This document shows, piece after piece, positions 13,549 to 25,104 of a stretch of 64,000 nucleotides of DNA. A program made the position numbers and the translations under genes. Below the pieces are notes generated by a model. It saw only the letters and a list, made by a program, of their open reading frames with translations. It made no database searches and was not told the origin of the DNA. How positions within the stretch are numbered: position 1 is the stretch's first letter; each line of letters opens with the position of its first letter. Source of the stretch: Octopus vulgaris (lineage: Eukaryota); NCBI GenBank assembly GCA_951406725.2, contig OX597823.1, positions 3,658,001-3,722,000 on the forward strand. Direction: 5' to 3'.

Positions 13549-13745
13549 CATCATCATCATCATCGTTTAACGTCTATTTTCCATGCTAGCATGGGTTGGA
13601 CGGTTCGACTGGGGTCTGGGAAGCCAGGAGTCTGCACCAGGCCCAGTCTGATCTGGCAGTGTTTCTACAGCTGGATGCCCTTCCTAATGCCAACCACTCC
13701 GAAAGTGTAGTGGGTGCTTTTTATGTGCCACCGGCACAGGTGCCG
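13549..13745 (-). mobile_element. RTE 3' tail fragment
   Basis: Close reverse-complement match to 9265-9466. Confidence 0.85.
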
Positions 13746-13894
13746 TCTGTTTGTTGTTTATTTTTTTCTTTGCCTGGAAGTTTTAATGAGACTACAAATG
13801 AGTTTTTAATTAGAATTTAGCTTTTAGTTTTATTCAGAAAATTCTTTGTTATGGATTGAAATATATTTTGTTTTTGGTAAAATTTATTTGACAG

Positions 13895-14270
13895 TACAGT
13901 TCTATTACATGGCAGCTTGGGCAAGGGTCTGGCACCATAGGTCCTGGCTGTCATGGCTTTGCGAATGGATTGGGTAGACAGAAACTGTGTGAAAGCACAT
14001 TGTGCATGTGTGTGTACGCGTGCACGTGTGCATGTATGTGTCTTTGTGTTTTTGCTCTCCTTCACCTCCCACCAATGACAACTGCTGTTGGTTTGTTTAC
14101 ATCCCTGTAATTTAGTGATTCAGCAAAAGAGACCAACAGAGTAAGTGCCAGATTTTAAAGATGGAGTGAAAAAAAGATCTGGGGTCAATTTGTTAGACTA
14201 AAACCCTTCAAAGGGGTGTCCCAGTATGGCTGCTGTCCAATGACTGAAACAAGTAATAGATAAAAGACAG
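13895..14270 (+). mobile_element. Diverged SINE family A
   Basis: cttgggcaag...ggtagacagaaactg...ccaatgactgaaacaagta. Confidence 0.6.
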
Positions 14271-14642
14271 AAAACTACAAAGGCTTCCAAAACACTCGAC
14301 ATCGTCCCCCAAATACCCTCTCCACTCCCTCCTACTTAAGTGCATTCATCGTATTTTAGGTTTAGAAACATTACAATACTAACCTCTTTCAAACCAAGTA
14401 TATGAAAGATAGTCATCCCAACTGCTTGACAACTGCTGTTGGTTTGTTTACATCTCTCTAACTTAGCAGTTTGGCAAAAGAAACCTTTAGAATAAGTACC
14501 AGATTTAAAAAATAAGCACTGGGGTCAATTTGGCAAAAAACCCTTCAAAGTAGTGCCCCAGTATGCCCGTAGTTCAATGACTGGAATATGTAAGATATAA
14601 AAGATATAAGCCATATCTGTCTGTCTGTCTGTCTATCTAAGT

Positions 14643-14689
<47 letters not shown>

Positions 14690-14690
<1 letters not shown>

Positions 14691-15110
14691 GCTGGTGGCA
14701 TGTAAAGAACATCTTTTGAATGTTGGGCCTCACGAAGACAAAGTGGCTGAGTTCCTTTCAGGTGTTGGGTCTGACGAAGCAATGACCAAGGCCTTTGGCA
14801 TTGTGTTGTGTTTGAGAAGAAGACCCATCAAGCCAAGCAAAATTGCAGTCATGGCAGATACTGGTGTCATGCAAATTGGCACCTGTGCTGGTGGCACATA
14901 AACGCACCCTGGTGTCATTTAAATGGCACCCGTGCCAGTGCCGTGTAAGAGCACCCATTACACTCTTGGAGTGGTTGGCGCTAGGAAGGGCGTCCAGCCA
15001 CAGAAAACCATGCCAAATCAGACTGGAGTCTGGTGCAGTATTCCAGAGTGCCAGCCCATGCCAGCATGGACAATAGACGTAAATGATGATGATGACGACG
15101 ATGATGATGA
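14690..15110 (+). mobile_element. 3' end of a second, older RTE subfamily
   Basis: GLTEAMT-like C-terminal remnant followed by an RTE-type tail and (GAT)n. A paralogous copy lies at 35947-36175. Confidence 0.65.
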
Positions 15111-15513
15111 TATACATGCAAAAGAAAGAGGGGTAAATATTGTTGGGAAAATAAAAGAGAGAAAGAAAGAGAAAACAAATGAAATCTAGAGGTGATGGTG
15201 GTGGTGGTGGTAGCGATGGAAGAGAGCTGAAAAACAAAACAAAAAGCGAATGAGATAAGAATCCTCCACCCACCCCCACCACGAAATATGAAAGATGAAA
15301 AGAGGAAGAGGTACAAGACGACTATGAAGGAGAAGAGGGGTGGTGGGAGAGAGGAATGAAATATTTGTTATGACTTCATTTATTATGACACACACACACA
15401 CCGGCTCAATTAAGTCACTGAAACCAGATAGTTGAGTTATCTACAAGAAAAACAAGTTTGTCTTATAATAGATTCCGGGAGTAGCAGGGAGCTTTGCCAA
15501 TGGCAAAAAGGTG

Positions 15514-15549
<36 letters not shown>

Positions 15550-16059
15550 AGTGTTAACCTGTCATATGACAGGTAACTCTGAAAGTACACAATTACCACC
15601 CAGGGTAATATCAGAGAATATGGCATACATACGGTGATAATCATAATTTAACTTTTATCAAACTTCTTGGTGCTGATGCAAAATTATGAAACAAATACTG
15701 ACTTTTATAAGAAAAATATTTCCTTAAAATAAAATCAAATAACAATTTCTCATTTGCATATTTGCAATAAATATAAGTTATTTGTCTAAACATATCAGCA
15801 TAACCACCCTCCTCCCCTCTGCGAAATTTCATTAAAAACTAGATTTTTCAGAAAGTTATGGGACTCATCCTACACCTCTTACATTGACTCTTTCTGTATC
15901 TCTCCCCCTTCCTCTATATAATGTAAAGTGTGACAGAAGAAACCAACCAACCAACCAACAAACCAGCCAGCATGCAGGAGCTAAAACCAGAAGTCCAAAA
16001 CTCCAAGAAGTCCCAGATCTCACTGCATGTGAGATCTGTAGGGTTAAACAAAAGAGATG

Positions 16060-16570
16060 TACAAGACAAAACCTCACACACTGGACGAAAATTCAATTCT
16101 TCAGGCAACACCATACGTATTGTGGGTTTTGTTCGTCCACTTTCACGAACTGCTTGACATGATTTTTGCGGTCTGCTATCAAACATTTCCTGCACTGTTG
16201 CCTCATTCTCCACTGATCGGGATGTGGTTGGATGGCCACTTCTTGCATCATTCACAGAGACCATCGTCATCAGCTTTGCATGATAACTTTTTATTGTCTC
16301 CAGACGTAGTCTTGCATGCTTTCCTTTCCATGCATGCCACCATCTCTGAACCAAAACAATGGAAATCCACACTTCGTAGCATGCTGCTATCTTAACTGGC
16401 TCCTGAACAGTCAAGCGACCGGCCATCCGGAAAATAAGAAATAAGACAATGAGAAAATGAGAAATCCCCATTAGTGTTGTCTGTTTAAAAATCGTTTCCG
16501 TCATAACTTCAGTGATACTAAGAATTCTATAAGCAATTTCTGATGCCAAGTTACTTTCCATCCACCCTGT
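16060..16570 (-). mobile_element. Tc1/mariner transposon 5' remnant (N-terminal DNA-binding region)
   Basis: TA|CAGGGTG terminus at 16572-16564. Translation contains SVNDARSGHPTTSRSVENEATVQEMF..P.KS, the GSV.D..RSGRP motif of Tc1/mariner N-termini. Confidence 0.7.
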
Positions 16571-17409
16571 ATATATTTTTAGTGATAGAGTGGAAAAAAT
16601 CAAAAAATTCTCCTTCTGGTAAATTACATTGCAAATAGAAAAAGAAATACTAAAGTCTTTATGAAAAATCCTTATAAATGAGGTGTAATGTTTATATAAT
16701 CTCCCAGCTTCATGATTTTGTAATTAATGTTGTAATAATTTCATTTTTTAATACTTAACTGCTGTTAGTGATGTTTTTATAATTTTATAAATGCATATTG
16801 ACAGTTACAAGAGAAGCTGTTAGTAATTATTAACAGTTATAGACGAAGTAGTAAGTGGGATATTCATTTTCTTCAATTAATACTATTAAAATTAAAGTAT
16901 ATCAGCTAAATGACACTGTAACCAAAACTAATTAACAGTGTGTATTTAAGTGTGGTCTGAATTTTTCAATGAATGTGGTCATTAGTTTTTAACTCTCTTG
17001 TTCTGATATTCTGTCACTACGTTAATACAAAGAGAAAAATAAAATTTGGTCAATGCTTCTCAATACACGTATCTATATGTTCACTGAGAGATATTTGCAA
17101 CTGGGAAATTGAATTTGCTAGTTATGCAATGTCATCTGTTTTCTTCAGGTCATTCTTGTTTGTCCTATGTAATTTCCTCCACATCCTGAACAAGTTATTA
17201 CATGCATTAAGTTACCAGACACACACTTAAAATTATTCTTAATTTTTGAAGTATTGCCCTTGTTTAAATGGAATCCTGAACCTCAAACAAGTAGAGAAAA
17301 ATTCTGGTGTTAGATACCCAACAATTTTTGATCATTGGTTTTCTGTTGTTAGATATAATTTAGCTTCTCTTAATACTTTGTTTAATGACTGTGATTATGT
17401 TTTGCCTTT

Positions 17410-17825
17410 TATATGTATCTTTTATCTTTTATCATTTACTTGTTTCAGTCATTTGATTATGGCCATGCTGGGGCACTGCTTTGAAGGGTTATAATTGAAC
17501 AAACTGACCCCAATAGTTACATTTTTTAAAATTCTATTTATTCTATCAGTCTCTTTTGCTGCACCACTAAGTTACAGGATGTAAAAACACCAACACTTGT
17601 TGTCCAGTAGTGGTGGGAGAACAAATATAGACACAAACACATACACATATATATATAAATATATATATATATACGACAGGCTTCTTTCAGTTTGCATCTA
17701 CTAAATCCACTCACAAGGGTTTGGTTGGCCTGAGGTTATAGCAAAAGACACTTACCCAAGGTGCCATGCAGTGGGACTTAACCACGTGGTTGGGAAGCAG
17801 GCTTCTTAACACACAGCCATGCCTG
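17410..17825 (-). mobile_element. Full-length SINE family A
   Basis: tRNA-like head, central microsatellite and 3' tgactgaaacaagtaaa end. Confidence 0.8.
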
Positions 17826-18486
17826 TTTGTTAGAATCCAGTTCATGCTGGCATCCTTTTTCAGCATTGGAACATTGGGATTGTGTGAGAAACATATGATA
17901 GCTGTTTCAATTCAGTTCTTTTATTTTGTTTTTATTTGTCTTAGTATCTGAACATAAACTGTTTCGTCTCATTGTATCCCATTGTTGGTTAAAAATGGTA
18001 AACAATGTCTGTCCATGAGTATATCTTTAAGTTTTTGAACTTATATATCACATATGTGCCTTTCCTTTTGGTTCAATTATTAAAATATTTATTCTAGAGT
18101 TACAGCTGAGATTAGGTAAAACATAGATATTGCTTTCGAGTTTGTAGGTTCACAATATGTATCTGTTTCAGTTTGATTTTTACTATCAACATATATTTAT
18201 AGAATTACAACATCACTAACAACAGCTAGTTATGAAATCATTAAATTATAATAATATTATTAATCACAAAATCATGAATATCTTTTAAAAAGGTGAAAAC
18301 CGGTGCATAACATATCAGAAATAAATATTTTATCATAAGAATTTCAGTGCATTTCACTCCCTTTGTTCAATATGTAGTATGTGTGTTTGTGTGTGTGTGA
18401 GTTTATACTTCTCTACTTTTTGTCTTTATATAAAAATATAAAAAGCATCTACAATACACACACAAGCACATACACACACACACAAA

Positions 18487-18690
18487 GGGGTGCTGAAAAG
18501 TTCTTGGTTTTAAGGGCATCGCGAAAGGCCTGGTTGGAGGCCCAACCTTCCGAGATCTTTTACAAGGCTTAGAAAAACTGAAGGACAGCTGCTATAAGTG
18601 TGTGAATCTGAGAGGGGAATATATTGAATAAAATCATAAATAACTGATCCTCTTCTATTTTATTTTATCCAAAGCCAAGAACTCCTTTGA

Positions 18691-18692
<2 letters not shown>
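18487..18692 (+). mobile_element. Mariner internal-deletion derivative (MITE)
   Basis: Retains the mariner C-terminus WLEAQPSEIFYK.LEKLKD..YKCVNLRGEYIE*. Imperfect inverted ends aaaagttcttggttt / aaagccaagaact. Confidence 0.7.
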
Positions 18693-18727
<35 letters not shown>

Positions 18728-18731
<4 letters not shown>

Positions 18732-18943
18732 CCTGTCTACTGTAGGCGCAAGGCTTGAAAATTTCAGGGAGGGGATAGTCGATTACATTCACTCTAGTGC
18801 ATAACTGGTGTTTATTTCATCAACCCCAAAAGTTGAAAGACAAAGTCCACCTCGGCAGAATTTGAACTCAGAACGTAGTGGAAGACAAAATACTGCTAAG
18901 CATTACACCCAACAGGCTAACAATTCTGCCAGCTCACCGCCTT
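18728..18943 (-). mobile_element. tRNA-derived SINE (family B)
   Basis: Minus-strand head ggcggtgagctggcagaa...gagttcaaattc. Other copies at 21985-22203, 22243-22458, 38850-39420, 40838-41215 and 61666-61885. Confidence 0.75.
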
Positions 18944-18980
18944 CAAATATATATATATATCTATATATATCATCATCATC

Positions 18981-19051
<71 letters not shown>

Positions 19052-19056
<5 letters not shown>

Positions 19057-19497
19057 TCATCATCATCATCGTTTAACGTCCGCTTTCCATGCTAGCATGG
19101 GTTGGACGGTTCAACTGGGGTCTGGGAAGCCCGAAGGCTGCACCAGGCCAGTCAGATGTGGCAGTGTTTCTACAGCTGGATGCCCTTCCTAACGCCAACC
19201 ACTCCGAGAGTGTAGTGGGTGATTTTATGTGCCACCGACACAGGTGCCAGACGAGGCTGGCAGACGGCCACGCTCGGATGGTGTTTTTTATGTGCCACCG
19301 ACACAGGTGCCAGACGAGGCTGGCAGACGGCCACGCTCGGATGGTGTTTTTTATGTGCCACCGACACAGGTGCCAGACGAGGCTGGCAGACGGCCACGCT
19401 CGGATGGTGTTTTTTATGTGCCACCGACACAGGTGCCAGATGAGGCTGGCAGACGGCCACGCTCGGATGGTGTTTTTTATGTGCCACCGACACAGGT
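19052..19497 (-). mobile_element. Young RTE 3' fragment truncated inside the 63-bp array (4.3 near-identical units)
   Basis: Measured period is 63 (gccacc starts at 19231, 19294, 19357, 19420, 19483). The tail is near-identical to 5340-5523. Confidence 0.9.
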
Positions 19498-19639
19498 GAG
19501 TGTATTTTTACCTTGTTAACAATTAACACGGAAAAATAAATAAATAATTACCAGGGAAGCAAAAATCTCACAAGTAAAGATGTTGTAACTCCTTGTTTAT
19601 AAAGGTTGAAACTTCGTGTTTTCGTTGAATATTTTGAAT

Positions 19640-20301
19640 AATATGAATAAAAAATGGAGTTAACACAGGTTTAAACAAGTATTTTTACTTTCTACACATG
19701 TTTCGAAAATTCCACTGATACTATTCAAAAGAATAAATGGTATAAACAATGCAATCTTCTCTTCGGGAAAGTGAAAAAAACGAAACTCGTCAATACGACA
19801 TTTTAGCAAAAAATGATGGATTTGTATAGCGATAGACAGAACGCTATTAATTTTGTTTAAAAAAACGTTATATGATATAACGTCCCTATTATCGATCCAA
19901 AAGCAAACACAACACCCTCAAAAGCAACTACGCTATGAATACTAGATTGGGAGATTGGATTTGGTTTGTCTCCCGTGGGGAATTGTTGGCCAAATGTTTT
20001 TACTAGTATTCATAGCGTAGTTGCTTTTGAGGGTGTTGTGTTTGCTTTTGGATCGATAATAGGGGACGTTATATCATATAACGTTTTTTTAAACAATATT
20101 AACAGCGTTCTGTCTATCGCTATACAAATCCATCATTTTTTGCTAAAATGTCGTATTGACAAGTTTCGTTTTTTTCACTTTCCCGAAGAGAAGATTGCAT
20201 TGTTTATACCATTTATTCTTTTGAATAGTATCAGTGGAATTTTCGAAACATGTGTAGAAAGTAAAAATACTTGTTTAAACCTGCGTTAACTCCATTTTTT
20301 A

Positions 20302-20308
<7 letters not shown>
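19640..20308. repeat. Long inverted repeat (about 305-bp arms, about 57-bp spacer), probable Penelope-like inverted pseudo-LTR pair
   Basis: 19641-19945 is the near-perfect reverse complement of 20003-20308. Each arm holds a hammerhead-like motif. Confidence 0.85.
20177..20262 (+). ncRNA. Minimal type-I hammerhead ribozyme-like motif (variant core CCGAAGA)
   Basis: Stem I ACUUUC/GAAAGU, core CCGAAGA, stem II GAAGAUU/AAUUUUC with a long extension, then GAAA-C-AUGU-G-UA. A mirror copy lies at 19687-19772 on the minus strand. Confidence 0.6.
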
Positions 20309-20345
<37 letters not shown>

Positions 20346-20348
<3 letters not shown>

Positions 20349-20665
20349 AAAAAAAACACCCACTACACTCATGGAGTGGTTGGCATTAGGAAGGGCATCC
20401 AGCTGTAGAAACACTGCCAAACCACTGCCAAATGGATGATGATGATGATATATATATCATCATCATTTAATGTCCATTTTCCATGCTAGCATGGGTTGGA
20501 TGGTTCGACTGGGGTCTGGGAAGCCAGGAGGCTGCACCATGCTCCAGTCTGGTTTGGGAGTGTTTCTACAGCTGGATGCCCTTCCTAACGCCAACCACTC
20601 CATGAGTGTAGTGGGTGTTTTTTACGTGCCACCGGCACAGGGGCCAGAGGAGGCTGACAAACAGC
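20346..20665. mobile_element. Two RTE-tail fragments, tail-to-tail
   Basis: Plus fragment 20346-20448 ends in (GAT)n. Minus fragment 20457-20665 begins with (CAT)n. Confidence 0.75.
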
Positions 20666-21754
20666 CATATATATATATATATTCATACACACACACACAC
20701 ACATATATATATATATTCATATTTTTATATTTATTACTGTTATTAATTACCTCCTTTGTTGTTGTCAATATTTACTCATGAAATTATCAAATTATAGCAC
20801 CGCTAGCAGGAGCAACAGAAGCTAGTTAAGAAGAAATCATGGAACTAAAACAATTTGTTGCTGTTAGAATGGAAAGAGCCAGAACAGATATTGCAGACAA
20901 GACCTCCAGCATTGAAACTGTTCTGCCAATCAACAGCACAAAATAGACGAAAGACAAAGTTGACCTCACTAAGATTTGAACTCAGAGCACAGAGTCAGAA
21001 TAAATGCCATGAGGCATTTTACACAGCCCTCTACTGACTGTGCCAATTCACCACACACACACACGTAAGCGTGCATGTATTGTTGTAGATGTGTAGGGCT
21101 GTATATACATGTATGTATATGCTTTTACGCTCTTGTTTATTTCAACCATTGCACTGTGGCCATGCTTGAGCACTGCCTCGTAAGGTTAGTCGACAGCGCC
21201 ACATATTTTAAGTCAGGTACTTATTCTAATAGGAATGTAAACAAACCAACACTGCTTGTCAAGCAGTGGGGGAACATACATATACATATACATACGCACA
21301 CGCATAACATGTTTATATAAAGGTGTATGTACCTGTATACACACATACCTTTATACATACATATATACAAGTAAAACATACACCCACAAATGCATACAGA
21401 CAGACCCACACCTAAACCCATATGAATATGAATAAGTGAAGGGGACTGAACCATTTATCAAATTAAGTAATCTAGACAACATCCTATCGGTAACGGAATC
21501 AAATATGAAAGGTAATGAAAGTAAAGGGAGAGGCCAAAAATGTTTCTAAAGGGAAGAATTAATTTTAGGAGATTTCCTTCTTGTTTTGATAGTGTTGTTG
21601 TTTTTCTTTTCCAATTAAGGTTTAGCAGTTAATAATGTGTAACCAATATCTCTTTCTCTTTCTCTCTTTATCTATCTGTCCGGCCGTCTGTCTATCAATT
21701 TCTCTAGCTGTCTGTATGTCTTTCTGTCTAGCTATCTATCTATCTATATATCTA

Positions 21755-21788
<34 letters not shown>

Positions 21789-21984
21789 AATTTCTCTAGC
21801 TGTCTGTCTGTCAGTCTATAGGTCTCTCTGTTTGTTTGACTATCTGTCTGTTTGTCTCTCTGTCTGTCTGCCTGTCTATCTATCAATTTCTTTAGTTGTC
21901 TGTCTGTCTGTCTTCACATTCGCTCCTCGATCCATCCTTTAAAGTAACAAGAGAATGAATCATCTATTTCCTTTGAAGACTTGA

Positions 21985-22205
21985 TAATCTTTTCCACTAT
22001 AAGCACAAGGCCTGAAATTTTGGGGGAGGAGGCTAGCTGACTATATTGACCCAGTGTTCAATTGGTATTTATTTTATTGACCCTGAAGGGACAAATGGCA
22101 AAGTCAACCTCAGCAGAATTTGAACTCAGAATGTGAACACAAACAAACTGCCACTAAGCATTTTCTCTGACATCCTAATGATTCTGCTAGTTCACTGCCT
22201 TGAAA

Positions 22206-22243
<38 letters not shown>

Positions 22244-22458
22244 CTTTTCTGCTATAAGCACAGGCCTGAAATTTGAGGGGAGGGGGCTAGTCAATTACAT
22301 TGCTCCCAGTTCTTGGCTGGTAGTTATTTAATCAACCCCTGAAAGGATGAAAGGCAAAGTTGACTTCAACAGGATTTGAACTCGGAATGTATAAACCAAA
22401 GAAATGTCATTAAGTCTTTTGTTCAGCATGCTAACGAACCTGCCTGCTTGATGCTTTC
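21985..22458 (-). mobile_element. Two tandem SINE family B copies separated by (AAT)n
   Basis: Repeated gcacaaggcctgaaattt...ggcaaagt...atttgaactc. Confidence 0.75.
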
Positions 22459-22702
22459 TAATTATTTTATAATTGCTAATTGACAGACGCAACTCAAGAG
22501 CCAACAATTACATGCATGGTGCTTATAGTTTGATAATTTGCCATGCATGAAACTCTTAGCCCTCGAGTTACTTGTAAATTCTGCCAATCAGAAATATTAG
22601 TATATGCCCATGTATTGAGTACTATTTATCCTGTTTGTGAAATTTAACTTTCACTGGATGGAGTGCTTTTTTGTTGATCCCACCAATAATGGAATATATA
22701 TA

Positions 22703-22847
22703 TATCATCATCATCGTTTAACGTCCGCTTTCTCTGCTGGCATGGGTCGGATGGTTTGACCGGGGATCTGGGAAGCCAGAAGGCTGCACCAGGCTCCAGT
22801 CTGATCTGGCAGTGTTTCTACAGCTGGATGCCCTTCCTAACGCCAAC

Positions 22848-22878
<31 letters not shown>

Positions 22879-23026
22879 CATCATCATCATCATCATTGTT
22901 TAACGTCCGCTTTCCATGCTAGCATGGGTTGGACGGTTCCACTGGGGTCTGGGGAGCCCGAAGGCTGCACCAGGCCAGTCAGATCTGGCAGTGTTTCTAC
23001 AGCTGGATGCCCTTCCTAATGCCAAC

Positions 23027-23030
<4 letters not shown>
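22703..23030 (-). mobile_element. Two tandem RTE-tail fragments
   Basis: Both end at gccaaccac and run into (AC)n. Confidence 0.8.
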
Positions 23031-23060
<30 letters not shown>

Positions 23061-23104
23061 CTTGTGTGTGTGTGTATGTTTATATGTATGTATGTATGTG
23101 TGTG

Positions 23105-23135
<31 letters not shown>

Positions 23136-23240
23136 ATATAAGGCATCTCCCCCATCAAATAGAAATAAGATGTGAACTCACAACTTCTGGATATTACCTT
23201 GAACTTTACTTTTTTACTTTTTTAATTCTTACCCTTATGG

Positions 23241-23340
23241 ACTCTCTGATGAAGCTTTGGGGTTCAGTTTTTGTATAATTTTTGTATGATGTGTCAACTT
23301 TGGCATGCTGGACCCCCAAAACAGACACAGCTGTAAGAGT
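23241..23340 (+). ncRNA. Type-I hammerhead-like motif with one core substitution
   Basis: Stem I ACUCU/AGAGU, core CUGAUGA, long stem II (UUUGGGGUUCAG/CUGGACCCCCAAA), then GACAC in place of GAAAC, followed by AGCU-GUA. Confidence 0.6.
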
Positions 23341-23921
23341 AGAGCTGTATTTATTTATTTATTCCTATGATTGTAATTAATAAATAAATCTTACTGATAT
23401 TTGTCAATTGACCATCTTCTCCATTTTCTTCCTTGCCTTATAAATTCTGGATAAACTTTTGGTTCCCTCCACTTGTACCTATTATTCAATTGTACTATTG
23501 CCTTGCAACAGTAAGCATTTGGCTATAAATAAGTATACCCCCAGTAGTGTATTGGATATTTATTATCCCTTAGATGGTTGTCTAGCCTCTAACTCATATA
23601 GACATAATTATATATATATAAAATTAAGGAGAGGAGAAAACAAATTCAAAGGCCGATGTATATATTCATTCAATCCATATTAACGAAATTCTCCATTTTA
23701 TGCAAGGTACAAAAATAGATGCATTCATCTCTATGATATATAAAAAAATTTCTAAGAATTTACAAATACATACATATACACGAAAATTTCTAAACACATA
23801 AAAATTCATAAATATAAGTATATAAAAAGTGTAAGTCCATAAAAAGCAAAGTCCAAATGAAGAGGATAATAAAGTGGATGTAAAATGATTTGTAAGGAGT
23901 CTGGAACATGTATTAAGTCTA

Positions 23922-23963
<42 letters not shown>

Positions 23964-23966
<3 letters not shown>

Positions 23967-24620
23967 TGCTGTGCGTGAGAAGACCCGGCAAGACTAGTGA
24001 AGCCATAATCCGTGGCCCCTACCTGGGACGTAGTCAGTCCACCTGTGCATACCTTCCTTCTTGTGACACTTGTGAAGACCTGTTGAGGCAAGTGAGAATC
24101 GAATCGTATCGAATCAAATCGAACCAAATCAAAATAGATGAACATCAATGGAATTTGTATCCTTGTGGTACCAGTGCCGGTGGCACATAAGAAAACCATC
24201 CGAACGTGACCGTAGCCAGTACCGCAATGACTGGCCTCCGTGCTGAGGGCACGTAACAAACACCATCCGAGCGTGGCCGTCCGCCAGCCTCGTCTGGCAC
24301 CTGTGTCGGTGACACATAAGAAAACACCATCCGAGCGTGGCCGTCTGCCAGCCTCGTCTGGCACCTGTGTCGGTGGCACATAAAAAACACCATCCGAGCG
24401 TGGCCGTCTGCCAGCCTCGTCTGGCACCTGTGTCGGTGGCACATAAAATCACCCACTACACTCTCGGAGTGGTTGGCGTTAGGAAGGGCATCCAGCTGTA
24501 GAAACACTGCCACATCTGACTGGCCTGGTGCAGCCTTCGGGCTTCCCAGACCCCAGTTGAACCGTCCAACCCATGCTAGCATGGAAAGCGGACGTTAAAC
24601 GATGATGATGAACGATGATA
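23964..24620 (+). mobile_element. Young RTE 3' fragment inserted in (TA)n
   Basis: Nearly identical to 4867-5523. Confidence 0.92.
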
Positions 24621-24724
24621 TGATATATATATATGTACATGCATGTATGTATGTATAAGGCTATCTTTATGTCTAGCTAAACGTGGATGTTTTGTTAGAA
24701 CATGGATTACTATGTTATAGAGAG

Positions 24725-24858
24725 AATGAGTGGACTGGAGTAATGTGAAATGAAGTGTTTTGCTCAAGAACACAATGCACCAGGGTCTGGGAACTGAAAC
24801 TATGATCATGCGGCCATGAGTGCAACACCTGAACCACTAGGCCACATGTCTTCACATA

Positions 24859-24893
<35 letters not shown>

Positions 24894-25056
24894 ATCACAG
24901 GCACATGCATGGCTGAGTGGTAAGAAGCTTGCTTACCAACCACATGGTTCTGGGTTCGGTCCTGCTGCATGGCACTTTGGGTGTCTTCTACTATAGCCTC
25001 AGGCTGACCAAATCCTTGTGAGAGGATTTGGTAGACGGAAACTGAAAGAAGCCTGT

Positions 25057-25060
<4 letters not shown>
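24725..25060. mobile_element. SINE heads: family C on minus (24725-24850) and family A on plus (24900-25060)
   Basis: tRNA-like A/B boxes and shared family segments. Confidence 0.6.

Positions 25061-25104
<44 letters not shown>

Noticed and set aside
16008-16038. PDLTACE on the + strand, resembling the transposase SPDL motif
   Set aside because: It is on the opposite strand to the adjacent transposase remnant and sits in a short palindrome, so it is probably chance.
19089-19529. ORFs with 21-aa repeats (MCHRHRCQTRLADGHARMVFF) and a CRISPR-like appearance
   Set aside because: This is translation of the 63-bp RTE UTR array. Units are contiguous with no unique spacers, there are no cas genes, and the context is eukaryotic.
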